In this document: positions 1-9,080 of the stretch, one piece after another | Layout: every line of letters begins with the position of its first letter | How positions within the stretch are numbered: the first letter of the stretch is position 1 | From: Candidatus Kapaibacterium sp. | GTDB taxonomy: Bacteria; Bacteroidota; Ignavibacteria; Palsa-1295 | Length of the DNA stretch: 64,000 bases | Assembly: GCA_038210275.1 (NCBI GenBank) | Contig: JBBQWV010000014.1 | Location: 5,930 to 69,929, forward strand | Direction of reading: 5' to 3' | Position numbers and translations under genes: made by a program | Notes under the pieces: generated by a model | What the model saw: the letters and a program-made list of their open reading frames with translations, nothing else | Databases searched by the model: none | What the model was told of the DNA's origin: nothing

Positions 1-735
1 ATCCCAAAACTTACCAGTCCGGTTTATGATGAGACAGGTACGCTCACCAGTGAGCAAGCCGATGCTTTGCGCCGTAAACTTCGTGCTAATGAAGATTCAA
101 CTTCAACGCAGATCGCAGTTGTCCTTATCTCCACATTGAATGATTACCCGGTAAATGATTTTGCAATCGAGGTAGGTCAGGAAAATAAAATCGGTCAAGG
201 GAAGAAAAATAATGGTGCGCTCATTTTGCTTTCGATCAAAGATCATAAAGGTTTTATTGCTACAGGTTATGGGCTTGAACCCACACTTACGGATGCAACG
301 TGTAATTATATTTATCAGAACATTCTTCGTCCTGCTCTTAAGAATGGTGATTTTTATGGAGGACTTGATAAAGCAACCGATGCCATCATCAAAGCCACTG
401 CTGGTGAATTTAAAGCCGAATCAAAACCAAGTGGAAGAGGGGGTAGTAGTTCATCCGGCGGCGGCGCTCTGCTTATTGTTATCATCTTTTTTGTAATTCT
501 TGTTATCGCACGCGGATTTTTTGGCTCAGGGGCACATCGAACTATCGTTGGCTCAGGTGGCGGAATGTCCGGATGTTTTGGTGGAATATTGCAGGGCTTA
601 TTCTGGTCATCGATCTTTAGTGGCGGCAGAGGGGGCGGGGGAGGATGGGGCGGCTCATCTGGTGGCGGAGGTGGTGGCGGATGGTCAGGCGGCGGTGGTT
701 CATTCGGCGGCGGCGGAGCGGGCGGAGATTGGTAA
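1..735 (+). CDS. TPM-domain protein (TLP18.3/Psb32/MOLO-1 family), 5'-partial, with Gly-rich C-terminal tail
   Basis: The reading frame is open from base 1 (IPKLTSPVYDETGTLTSEQADALRRKL...), so the start lies upstream of the window. It has the TPM-like core (TQIAVVLISTLNDYPV...GLEPTLTDA), a TM segment (LLIVIIFFVILVIA), and a long GGGW/GGS glycine tail. Confidence 0.7.
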   Translation: MPKLTSPVYDETGTLTSEQADALRRKLRANEDSTSTQIAVVLISTLNDYPVNDFAIEVGQENKIGQGKKNNGALILLSIKDHKGFIATGYGLEPTLTDATCNYIYQNILRPALKNGDFYGGLDKATDAIIKATAGEFKAESKPSGRGGSSSSGGGALLIVIIFFVILVIARGFFGSGAHRTIVGSGGGMSGCFGGILQGLFWSSIFSGGRGGGGGWGGSSGGGGGGGWSGGGGSFGGGGAGGDW

Positions 736-742
736 TGAGATT

Positions 743-1462
743 TTATTGAGTTGGCATAGGCACTGAATCTATTACTGCTGCCATTGAAAATAAATCCAAC
801 TTTTTTGGTTTTGCATTCATTAATGCACTTGCGGCACTTGCAAGTGTTGAACCTGTTGTCATAACATCGTCAATGACGAGGAGTCTTTTTCCGCATAGCT
901 CTTTTTCCCCAACTTTCGAAAGTTTAAATGCTCCTCGTACATTTGTCTCTCGTTGCTCATTTGTAAATCCAGTCTGAGAAGGAGTTTGGCGGATACGCTT
1001 TAGCCATTTGCGCTTTGCGACTGCAATTTCTGAAATTCTTGAGATCCCACATGCAAGCATCTCCGATTGATTATATCCTCTTTCTGAATATCTTGTTCTG
1101 TGAAGTGGAACAGGGATTATGTAATCGTATTGCTTCGCTATTTCTAAATTCCTTTCACTCCACATAGAGCCGAGAATTGCAGCAAGCTTAGGCATATCCT
1201 GATATTTGAAATGATGAATAAGCGATTGGATGATGCCGCCATTTTGGAATGCGAATGCCGAACTTATATTTGTTTCCCGTGGTAATTCTCGAAACAACGA
1301 AGAGTTCGGAATGAGATCTGCCTGCTTAGGCGGTTCGAATAATTCGAATTGGCGGAGACAGATGGTACAAAGATATCTGGATAAAGGAATAGGTCTTGCA
1401 TCGGAGCTTTCACTCCTTGCGCCACAATGAATGCATATCTGCGGAAGAAAAAGCTGAAACAT
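743..1462 (-). CDS. comF: ComF-family phosphoribosyltransferase-domain protein (competence protein ComFC/GntX-like)
   Basis: N-terminal double Cys pairs (CIHCGAR...CTICLRQ) and a C-terminal PRTase motif LLVIDDVMTTGSTL. It lies 4 nt downstream of uvrB on the same strand. Confidence 0.7.
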   Translation of the reverse strand: MFQLFLPQICIHCGARSESSDARPIPLSRYLCTICLRQFELFEPPKQADLIPNSSLFRELPRETNISSAFAFQNGGIIQSLIHHFKYQDMPKLAAILGSMWSERNLEIAKQYDYIIPVPLHRTRYSERGYNQSEMLACGISRISEIAVAKRKWLKRIRQTPSQTGFTNEQRETNVRGAFKLSKVGEKELCGKRLLVIDDVMTTGSTLASAASALMNAKPKKLDLFSMAAVIDSVPMPTQ

Positions 1463-1466
1463 TATC

Positions 1467-3518
1467 TTACTTCGCTAAAACTGATTTCTTTAAGAAATCA
1501 TCTTCGATTCGTTTGATCTCATCGCGGAGTACAACTGCGCGTTCGAATTCCAAATTTGTCGCTGCTTGTTTTAGCTCCGCAGCAAGTTGCTCGATAAGTC
1601 CTTCAAGTTCTCCTTCATTCATATTCTTTAATACGAACATTGGCGTAAGTTCTTTTCCGGCTTTTTCATCTCGCGCAGCCTGTCTTTTTTCTTCACGTTT
1701 TGAAGAGACATCTGCAACAGTAGTGGAAAGCATGATGTCTTCATATGATTTCAAAATTGTCGTCGGAGTGATGCCGTGCTTCACATTATACTCTGTCTGT
1801 AATTTGCGTCGTCTCTCGGTTTCATCAATGACGGCTTTCATGGAACGTGTGATCCTGTCGGCATACATAATGACAAGCCCTTGAGAATTACGCGCAGTGC
1901 GACCTGAGGTTTGCATCAGCGCTTTCTCGCTTCGCAAAAATCCTTCTTTGTCTGCATCAAGAATAGCGACGAGCGAAACTTCCGGAAGGTCAAGACCTTC
2001 GCGCAAAAGATTTACCCCCACAAGAACATCAAAGACACCTAAGCGGAGATCGCGCAAAATTTCAACTCGTTCAAGCGCCTCTATCTCTGAATGCAGATAG
2101 CGCACTTTCACACCGACCTTCACATAATAATCGGTAAGATCTTCGGACATTCGTTTTGTAAGAGTAGTAATAAGAACTCGTTCTTTTTTTACGACACGCT
2201 TACGAATTTCTTCCAAAAGATCATCAATCTGATTCTTGATTGGTCTCACTTCAATTGTCGGATCAAGCAATCCGGTAGGGCGAATGATCTGCTCTACAAC
2301 AACACCTTTTGAATGCTGGACTTCATAATCATCAGGAGTTGCGCTGACATAAATAATTTGATCGGTCTGCTGCTCGAACTCCTGAAAATTAAGCGGACGA
2401 TTGTCGAGTGCGCTAGGAAGTCGGAATCCATGCTCTACAAGTGTCGTCTTTCTCGCTCTATCTCCGGCGAACATTCCGCGAATTTGCGGAAGTGTCTGAT
2501 GTGATTCATCAATGACCAGTAAAAATTCTTCGGGAAAATAATCGAGCAAAACACTTGGTCGTTCTCCTTCTTTTCTTCCTGCAAGATGACGGGAGTAATT
2601 TTCGATGCCGGAGCAATACCCAAGTTCTCGCATCATCTCAATATCGAATCTGGTTCTCTGCTCAAGGCGCTGTGCTTCAAGGAGTTTTCCGTTCAGGCGA
2701 AAATACTGAAGTTGTTTTTCAAGCTCTTGCTCAATAGAGGTGATTGCTAATTCAAGTTGCGGACCGGACGTCACAAAATGTTTTGCCGGATAAATATATG
2801 CTCTATCGGTTTCCTCGAGCACTCTACCAGTGAGGCGGTCTATATAAGAAATGCGCTCGACTTGATCGCCAAAAAATTGTACGCGAAAACCTTTGTCGTC
2901 TTCATACGCAGGGATAACTTCTACGACATCACCGCGCACCCGAAAAGCGCCGCGTTGAAATTCGACATCATTGCGCGAGTAATGAATCTCATGCAATGCG
3001 CGCATAAACTGATTTCGCTCAATCGTATCGCCGTTATGAATGCGTAGCATCTGCCTTGCATATTCATCTGGCGCTCCGATGCCGTAGATGCAGGATACGG
3101 ATGCAATAATAATTACGTCGTTACGCCCGTCAAGTAACGCGCTCGTCGCTTTCAGGCGCAACCTATCGATCTCTTCATTGATCGACATATCTTTTTCGAT
3201 ATAGGTATCAGTCGCCGGAAGGTACGCTTCGGGTTGATAGTAATCGTAATACGAAATAAAAAACTCTACTGCATTATTCGGAAAGAATTGTTTGAACTCA
3301 CCATAAAGCTGCGCTGCAAGCGTCTTGTTGTGGCTAATGACAAGCGTGGGTTTGTTGTATGTCGCAATAACATTCGAGATGGAAAATGTTTTTCCCGAAC
3401 CGGTAACTCCGAGCAAGACTTGTGCTTGATCTCCACGCAAAAGTGCTTCGGTAAGCTGCCTGATCGCCTCTGGCTGATCACCTGCCGGTTTATAATCCGA
3501 TACTAATTTATAATCCAC
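1467..3518 (-). CDS. uvrB: Excinuclease ABC subunit B
   Basis: 683 aa with Walker A GVTGSGKT, the UvrB beta-hairpin and helicase motifs, and the C-terminal UVR coiled coil ([14 protein letters not shown]). Confidence 0.97.
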   Translation of the reverse strand: MDYKLVSDYKPAGDQPEAIRQLTEALLRGDQAQVLLGVTGSGKTFSISNVIATYNKPTLVISHNKTLAAQLYGEFKQFFPNNAVEFFISYYDYYQPEAYLPATDTYIEKDMSINEEIDRLRLKATSALLDGRNDVIIIASVSCIYGIGAPDEYARQMLRIHNGDTIERNQFMRALHEIHYSRNDVEFQRGAFRVRGDVVEVIPAYEDDKGFRVQFFGDQVERISYIDRLTGRVLEETDRAYIYPAKHFVTSGPQLELAITSIEQELEKQLQYFRLNGKLLEAQRLEQRTRFDIEMMRELGYCSGIENYSRHLAGRKEGERPSVLLDYFPEEFLLVIDESHQTLPQIRGMFAGDRARKTTLVEHGFRLPSALDNRPLNFQEFEQQTDQIIYVSATPDDYEVQHSKGVVVEQIIRPTGLLDPTIEVRPIKNQIDDLLEEIRKRVVKKERVLITTLTKRMSEDLTDYYVKVGVKVRYLHSEIEALERVEILRDLRLGVFDVLVGVNLLREGLDLPEVSLVAILDADKEGFLRSEKALMQTSGRTARNSQGLVIMYADRITRSMKAVIDETERRRKLQTEYNVKHGITPTTILKSYEDIMLSTTVADVSSKREEKRQAARDEKAGKELTPMFVLKNMNEGELEGLIEQLAAELKQAATNLEFERAVVLRDEIKRIEDDFLKKSVLAK

Positions 3519-3558
3519 GTATTATTTTTTGACTTTAAAATTTAGAATTTTGACTTTC

Positions 3559-4191
3559 TCATCCGTGCATCACCAGTTCCGATGGCAATGCTGAAACAAG
3601 CTTCGCCTCGAATATCTCGAATTCTTCAAGACGCTTAGAAACTACTTCCGGCTTGAAGTATAGACGTGCAAGACTTAAGAATGTATTTCGGTGGCGTGCT
3701 TCACTTGCAAGAAGTGAATGGTAAAACTCACGAAGGTCTTCATCTATTGCGCACTCTGTTAGAAGCTGAAACCGTTCGCAAGAACGTGCTTCAATAAGTG
3801 ATGCGACTATGAGCTTGTCTAAAAACTTTTTTGGTTCTTGTTTATTGATCTGACTATGAAGTTCTTGCGCATAGCTATCGCCGGGATCATAGGAAAGTGA
3901 AATACTGCGTTCATCCATTTTCTTTATCACCATCCGAAAATGGCTCATCTCTTCAATGGCAATTTCGCTCATTTCATCAACCAGTTCTTTGCACTCGGGA
4001 TAGCGATTTAAAAGCGAGATAGCCATGAGTGCAGCCTTTTTCTCGCAATGAGCATGGTCACAGAGGAGCAGCGAGGTATTGCCTGCAACCCGCTCTACCC
4101 ATCCCTTATTTGTTTCGCATCCTAATCCAAGCATAATTTTTTGGTGAGATAAAACAGTATATTGAGAGAAAACATTATCAAATTGAGCCAT
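3559..4191 (-). CDS. miaE: tRNA-(ms2io6A)-hydroxylase MiaE-like ferritin-fold protein
   Basis: The segment LLLCDHAHCEKKAALMAISLLNRYPE plus the paired E/H di-iron ligand pattern typify the MiaE family. I matched it from memory, not by search. Confidence 0.5.
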   Translation of the reverse strand: MAQFDNVFSQYTVLSHQKIMLGLGCETNKGWVERVAGNTSLLLCDHAHCEKKAALMAISLLNRYPECKELVDEMSEIAIEEMSHFRMVIKKMDERSISLSYDPGDSYAQELHSQINKQEPKKFLDKLIVASLIEARSCERFQLLTECAIDEDLREFYHSLLASEARHRNTFLSLARLYFKPEVVSKRLEEFEIFEAKLVSALPSELVMHG

Positions 4192-4344
4192 TACTGAATT
4201 CGGCAGAAAAATATTTCATGATGTCGAAGAGAACTATTCTCACGGAAATCTCTTTACAATTAGGTACTATGAGCGCATTACTATGGAAGGATGGAGATTT
4301 ATCCCCAAATTCATAGTTTTTTTATTTTTATTTACAAATTGTTG

Positions 4345-4352
4345 TAACTTTG
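4345..4352 (+). promoter_or_regulatory. Bacteroidetes-type -7 promoter element TAnnTTTG (TAACTTTG) about 100 nt upstream of the 1503-aa T9SS gene
   Basis: The AT-rich 260-bp intergenic region contains TAACTTTG in the correct orientation. I found no clear -33 TTTG partner. Confidence 0.25.
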
Positions 4353-4452
4353 CATAGTCGAAATAGTTTTACATAAAGGATGAGTACTGTTGTGGGCATC
4401 CAAAATCATCGTTTTCATTTCTTCTTTCTTCTGATAACTATCGTTTAAACCT

Positions 4453-7400
4453 ATGAAACATATAGTATTATCGTTATTCCTTGTATTGATGTCTCTTTCA
4501 TTGCTGCCGGATATAGTCGCAGCTCAGGGACTTCCCGTTGACGGAAAAGATTTTTATATCGGATACGTCTATCCGAGTTTTAATAAAGCCGGTAATAGTA
4601 GTTCCGGTAGAAATACTGCCGGTTTTTTCGCTGTTTATGCTCTGATTTCGAGCTACGAGGCTGATAACAAAGTTACCATTGCCTATTTTGATCCTCAATC
4701 CGGTCAGGAAACTACAACCTCAACGGTAACTGTAGGTGCTCGAAATGCAGTGCAGGTTCAGTTAAATCAGATCATGATGAAGATGGATGAGCCTGGTGAT
4801 ATTCCTCAATGGCGAGCCTGTCATATCACCGCAAAAAAACCTGTTAATGTTCAATATTTTAGCACAGGAGCTTGCTCCGGTGGTAGTTACCTTGCAATCC
4901 CGACGCCAGCACTCGGAAAAAATTATGTAATACCGAGTTATTTTGATAACCCCGGTCAGGGTGCTGCGACAAACAGCGGTTCTACCGGCGAAAATGCCGG
5001 CGGATTCTTTTTAATCGTTTCCGCTTTCGATGGCACTAATGTATCAATTACTCCAAATGAAACTACAGCTGGTGGTCATACCGGAAAGAATTCAGGTAAA
5101 GGAGCCGACAATAGTGAACATCCCTATACTGTAACTCTTGCCCGCGGTCAATGTTATTGGGTCAAAGGCGATGGAAAAGAAGAATCGAATGATATCTCCG
5201 GCTCATTAGTTGTTGCTGATAAGCCGATTGCCGTTCTTGCAGGGCATGAAGATGCGTTTCTTGGTGATGTGGGCGCTCGTTACGTTGATGCCCGAGATTT
5301 TATGATCGAGCAAGTTATCCCTGCTGAATACTGGGATTCTACCGGATATGTTGGTATTCCTCTTGTTGATGCTTCACCGTTAGATGAGACTCAGCCCGGA
5401 TACGGTGAAAACTATCGTGTTTATACCGATAACCCTAAGGGGGCAGCTGTTGAGCTTAATAATTGTTTTGGCAATTCCACATTCCCGACAGGGAGATTGG
5501 CTTTCCCTACGCCTGAAAAAATTAATATTGGTTGCCCAGTCGAGATGCATTCTACCGATGGGCATAAATTCGGAGTTATGCTCTATGATCTGCGTGGACA
5601 GGGAACAACAGCCCCTTATCCTGCCGAGAGCATGATGAGCATTGTGCCGATGTCGCGGTGGAGAACATCATATTTATTTTATGTTGCTGCTAATACGTTC
5701 GAAGTCCTCCAAAATTATTACATTAATATAATCGGTTTGAGGAAAGACATAGATGGAGGCAATATTCAGTATGCTTTCAATGGAACAAAAGCGCTTACAA
5801 AAGTAAATCAAGGTCTAACCCTCAAGGGGTCGTTCCCAAATATTCCAAATCACCCTGAGTTGAAAGGTGAACGTCGCGTTGTGCATCCCGGAGCATACTA
5901 TCTGACCAACGTTCGTGATGCTATATTGCATCCGCTCACGGATGCAGGAGGTATCTATCATGGAACACCTGAGGAAGTGAATGCTGATACGACTTACCTT
6001 CACGGAGCATTTATGGTCTATCACTATGGAATGCGCGCTCTTGATCCTGATCGCGATCTGGGTGATTTCTGCGGAGACGATTTCTTCTTCTCGTATGCGC
6101 TTCCGATCGGTATGACGGTAAGCAGCGGCAAGGGAAATCCTACTGTTAAGGTTGATACTTTCTGTTCTTCTTGGCAAGTATGCGTTCATGATTCTGTCCC
6201 TATCAAGAGCATTACTCTTATTGACGATCAGGATGGCAATGTCTATCGCCCCGGCAAAAAGTCTTTTAATACCCATTTCGATGAGCTTCTTGATCCTGAG
6301 AATAAAGGAGAAATCGTTTTTGATGGCGTTGATACTTCTGTTTGTGTCACCGTTACTGTTTCAAACCCTTTTGATTCAGCCTATGCTCCTCTTGTCATCA
6401 ACGATGCCAAAGGAACTCCTCTCTTTATAGATTTGCGATACAAAGCCCCTCACTTTACGCTTAGGGAAGTTTCAAAGACCCTTTCTATGGCTGATACGCT
6501 TGTAGCAGTTGATACCATTCTTTATCCTCCGATGAGAGTTGGCAGTCAGGCTTGCTCGACAATTGTGTATGTGAACACCGGAGCAAAAGGGGATAAGGCA
6601 TTCACTGTGACCGATGTTTCTCTGAAAATAAAAAGCGACAAATTCTATACTATCGCTTCTGTCGTACCTGCATTGCCTGCAATTCTTAAAGGTGGGGATA
6701 CTTTGAAGGTGCAGATTTGCTTTAGTCCGACAGATACGACAAAGTATGAAGATTCATTGATCGTCACCACTGATTGCTTCATTGCTCCTCTTCCACTCTT
6801 GGGAAAGGGAGGAACGCCGCTCATTATTGCCACAGATATAGATTTCGGCAGTGTGGTGTTAGGATCGTCAAAATGTGCAGATTTAACTGTTACGAATGTA
6901 GGAAGTCTGCCATTCAACCTAACCCCAGACTGGTTATTGCATAATAAAACAGTGTTCTCTATGGATGCTGCCAGTGTAGGAAAACTGCCGGTTGTTTTGA
7001 ATCCAGGAAAATCTATTGTGTTGACATTCTGCTATAAGCCGGATGCACTTCGCGCTCAGGATTCGACGACAGTGGATTGGATCACCGATATTGACAAGCC
7101 TTTCACGGATCAGATCAAATCGTGGTCATATCTCGTTGGCAAGCCTATTAAGCCGGGCGTTAATTGGGATCGTCCGACTCAGCTTGATTCGGTTATCTGT
7201 GATGACTCTGTAGTTACAAGGGTGAACCTTTTGAATACAAGCAACGCGCAGGCTCATGTTACGAATATGTTTTTTGATGGTATTGATGCTGCTCAGTATC
7301 ACATTCTTACTACGCAACGTGGTACCAATCCGGGGGCATTTGATATGAATCCCGGTGATATTATATGGGTTGATGTAGTCTTTAAGGCAAATCTTGCAAA

Positions 7401-8964
7401 TGGATATGCAGATCGCAAGAGCAGATTGGTTGCAACCTATTATAATAATGAGACGAAGTCAGATGATTCGACCACTATTGACTTCACAGGCAAGGTTCAG
7501 CATGCAATCTTGACGATCGATCCGCCGATTCTTAATCTCGGTTTTGTGACTCGCGGTGTACCTGTTTCGGGCTTCGTTACGGCAATTAATAGTGGTGATG
7601 CGCCATTTATTGTCAATACCGTCAACTTCCCGAATCCGCCGATCACAGCGATCAAGAAGTCGGATGGCACACCATTATCACTTGGCGATACTATCGGAAG
7701 AGGAGATACGGTTACGTTCGAGATTGATAACCAATTGGATGTCTTTACTGATACAACAGTTGATTACACTATCAGCAGTATGAAAGTCTGTAGCGATGCT
7801 CATGGCTCTGTCCAGATTGCGTCAAGCAGCCTCAAGGTGGCGACGACTGATTTCCCTGCTCCACAAACATTTGTAGGATGTAGAGAAAGTGATAGCACCA
7901 TCAAATTTACCAATTTGGGATCGGTGAAGATCACGCTTGAGAGTGTTGATATTATCTCGACTCCGGGTACGCCGAATGTCGGCGAATTCGATCTCAAGGA
8001 TAATACCGGAAAGCTTGTTAAATCCGTTTTCCCGGCTAAGTTACTTGATCGCTCGGAATTTGTCACTATTCCGATCGTCTATCATCCGTCTATCGCAGGA
8101 CCTGTATCGGCAACGATCAGCTATACCTATGATAGTGCTGGTACGAAGTTCACGATCACCAGACTGGCAAGCGGTAATGGTTTGCAGTTGAAGACGACAC
8201 TTTCAGCTGCTCAGGCAAGCGGTCAGCCATATACAGATCTGACAGGCGCGATATTTAATGTTCCGATTTCACTTGCAACAACTGCGTTGCCTGCGAATGC
8301 GGATGCAAGGAGAGTAACGTTTACGCTTACTTATCGTCAGGATGTCGTTGATCTGAATCGGACAAATGGAGTACAACCTGCTGCCGGTTACTCGGTGGCT
8401 AATGCAAATCCCACACAGAATCATCCTATAGCCGGCGATGAGTCTATTGACATTGACGTAAGTAGCACTACACCAGCGCCGATCTCGAGTCTGACGGATT
8501 TGGTTACGGTAAATTATCAGGTGATGGTAGCTCAAAAGCTTTCGACACCATTCATCGTTTCGAATGTCACATTCTATGACTCGAAGGGTGTTGCGATTTG
8601 CTACATTGCGGCAGATACCATTCCGGGATTATTTGTTCCGGGATACCAGTGCGGCGACAGTACGCTGAATAAATTCTTGCAGGGTGTAATTCCGACTCGA
8701 ATTGTTCAGGTCACCCCGAACGTCATTACTGAAAGTGAAACCCCTGTTCTAGTTTATAGCGTGAATCGTTCAGACCTTCCGGTACGAGTTGAAATATTTA
8801 ACGTTCTCGGCGAAAAGGTCAGAACGGTAAAGAATACTCTTTCGCAGCCGAAGGGTGATTACAAACTTCCTGTAGGAATTATGGGATTGCCAAGTGGTAC
8901 TTATACTCTTCGCTTGACGACACCTGTCTCTTCTGAAACAGCAAACTTCATAATTCAGAAGTAA
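4453..8964 (+). CDS. Giant secreted cell-surface protein (1503 aa) with type IX secretion system C-terminal sorting domain
   Basis: N-terminal signal peptide (MKHIVLSLFLVLMSLSLLPDIVAA). The body is long and Thr/Val/Asp-rich with repeated Ig/CARDB-like segments. The last ~80 aa match the T9SS CTD pattern (VRVEIFNVLGEKVRTV...LPSGTYTLRLTT...). Confidence 0.85.
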   Translation: MKHIVLSLFLVLMSLSLLPDIVAAQGLPVDGKDFYIGYVYPSFNKAGNSSSGRNTAGFFAVYALISSYEADNKVTIAYFDPQSGQETTTSTVTVGARNAVQVQLNQIMMKMDEPGDIPQWRACHITAKKPVNVQYFSTGACSGGSYLAIPTPALGKNYVIPSYFDNPGQGAATNSGSTGENAGGFFLIVSAFDGTNVSITPNETTAGGHTGKNSGKGADNSEHPYTVTLARGQCYWVKGDGKEESNDISGSLVVADKPIAVLAGHEDAFLGDVGARYVDARDFMIEQVIPAEYWDSTGYVGIPLVDASPLDETQPGYGENYRVYTDNPKGAAVELNNCFGNSTFPTGRLAFPTPEKINIGCPVEMHSTDGHKFGVMLYDLRGQGTTAPYPAESMMSIVPMSRWRTSYLFYVAANTFEVLQNYYINIIGLRKDIDGGNIQYAFNGTKALTKVNQGLTLKGSFPNIPNHPELKGERRVVHPGAYYLTNVRDAILHPLTDAGGIYHGTPEEVNADTTYLHGAFMVYHYGMRALDPDRDLGDFCGDDFFFSYALPIGMTVSSGKGNPTVKVDTFCSSWQVCVHDSVPIKSITLIDDQDGNVYRPGKKSFNTHFDELLDPENKGEIVFDGVDTSVCVTVTVSNPFDSAYAPLVINDAKGTPLFIDLRYKAPHFTLREVSKTLSMADTLVAVDTILYPPMRVGSQACSTIVYVNTGAKGDKAFTVTDVSLKIKSDKFYTIASVVPALPAILKGGDTLKVQICFSPTDTTKYEDSLIVTTDCFIAPLPLLGKGGTPLIIATDIDFGSVVLGSSKCADLTVTNVGSLPFNLTPDWLLHNKTVFSMDAASVGKLPVVLNPGKSIVLTFCYKPDALRAQDSTTVDWITDIDKPFTDQIKSWSYLVGKPIKPGVNWDRPTQLDSVICDDSVVTRVNLLNTSNAQAHVTNMFFDGIDAAQYHILTTQRGTNPGAFDMNPGDIIWVDVVFKANLANGYADRKSRLVATYYNNETKSDDSTTIDFTGKVQHAILTIDPPILNLGFVTRGVPVSGFVTAINSGDAPFIVNTVNFPNPPITAIKKSDGTPLSLGDTIGRGDTVTFEIDNQLDVFTDTTVDYTISSMKVCSDAHGSVQIASSSLKVATTDFPAPQTFVGCRESDSTIKFTNLGSVKITLESVDIISTPGTPNVGEFDLKDNTGKLVKSVFPAKLLDRSEFVTIPIVYHPSIAGPVSATISYTYDSAGTKFTITRLASGNGLQLKTTLSAAQASGQPYTDLTGAIFNVPISLATTALPANADARRVTFTLTYRQDVVDLNRTNGVQPAAGYSVANANPTQNHPIAGDESIDIDVSSTTPAPISSLTDLVTVNYQVMVAQKLSTPFIVSNVTFYDSKGVAICYIAADTIPGLFVPGYQCGDSTLNKFLQGVIPTRIVQVTPNVITESETPVLVYSVNRSDLPVRVEIFNVLGEKVRTVKNTLSQPKGDYKLPVGIMGLPSGTYTLRLTTPVSSETANFIIQK

Positions 8965-8992
8965 GAGGGAAGTTAGGTTTTTCTAAACGGAG

Positions 8993-9040
8993 CGGGTATT
9001 CTAATGATCGAAAGATCTGAAGAATACCCGTTTTGTATTT
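8993..9040 (+). terminator. Rho-independent terminator downstream of the 1503-aa gene
   Basis: A 9-bp stem CGGGTATTC...GAATACCCG is followed by TTTTGTATTT. Confidence 0.55.
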
Positions 9041-9080
9041 AAGGAGCGTCTCAGCAAATTTTTATAAATTCTGAAATATC

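Noticed and set aside
212-766. ORF-track entries 212..496 (+) and 500..766 (+) overlapping the TPM-domain gene.
   Set aside because: They are alternate reading frames of the same strand through the GC-rich Gly-codon repeat. Frame 1 is continuous from base 1 and carries the recognisable TPM core, so these are shadow ORFs.
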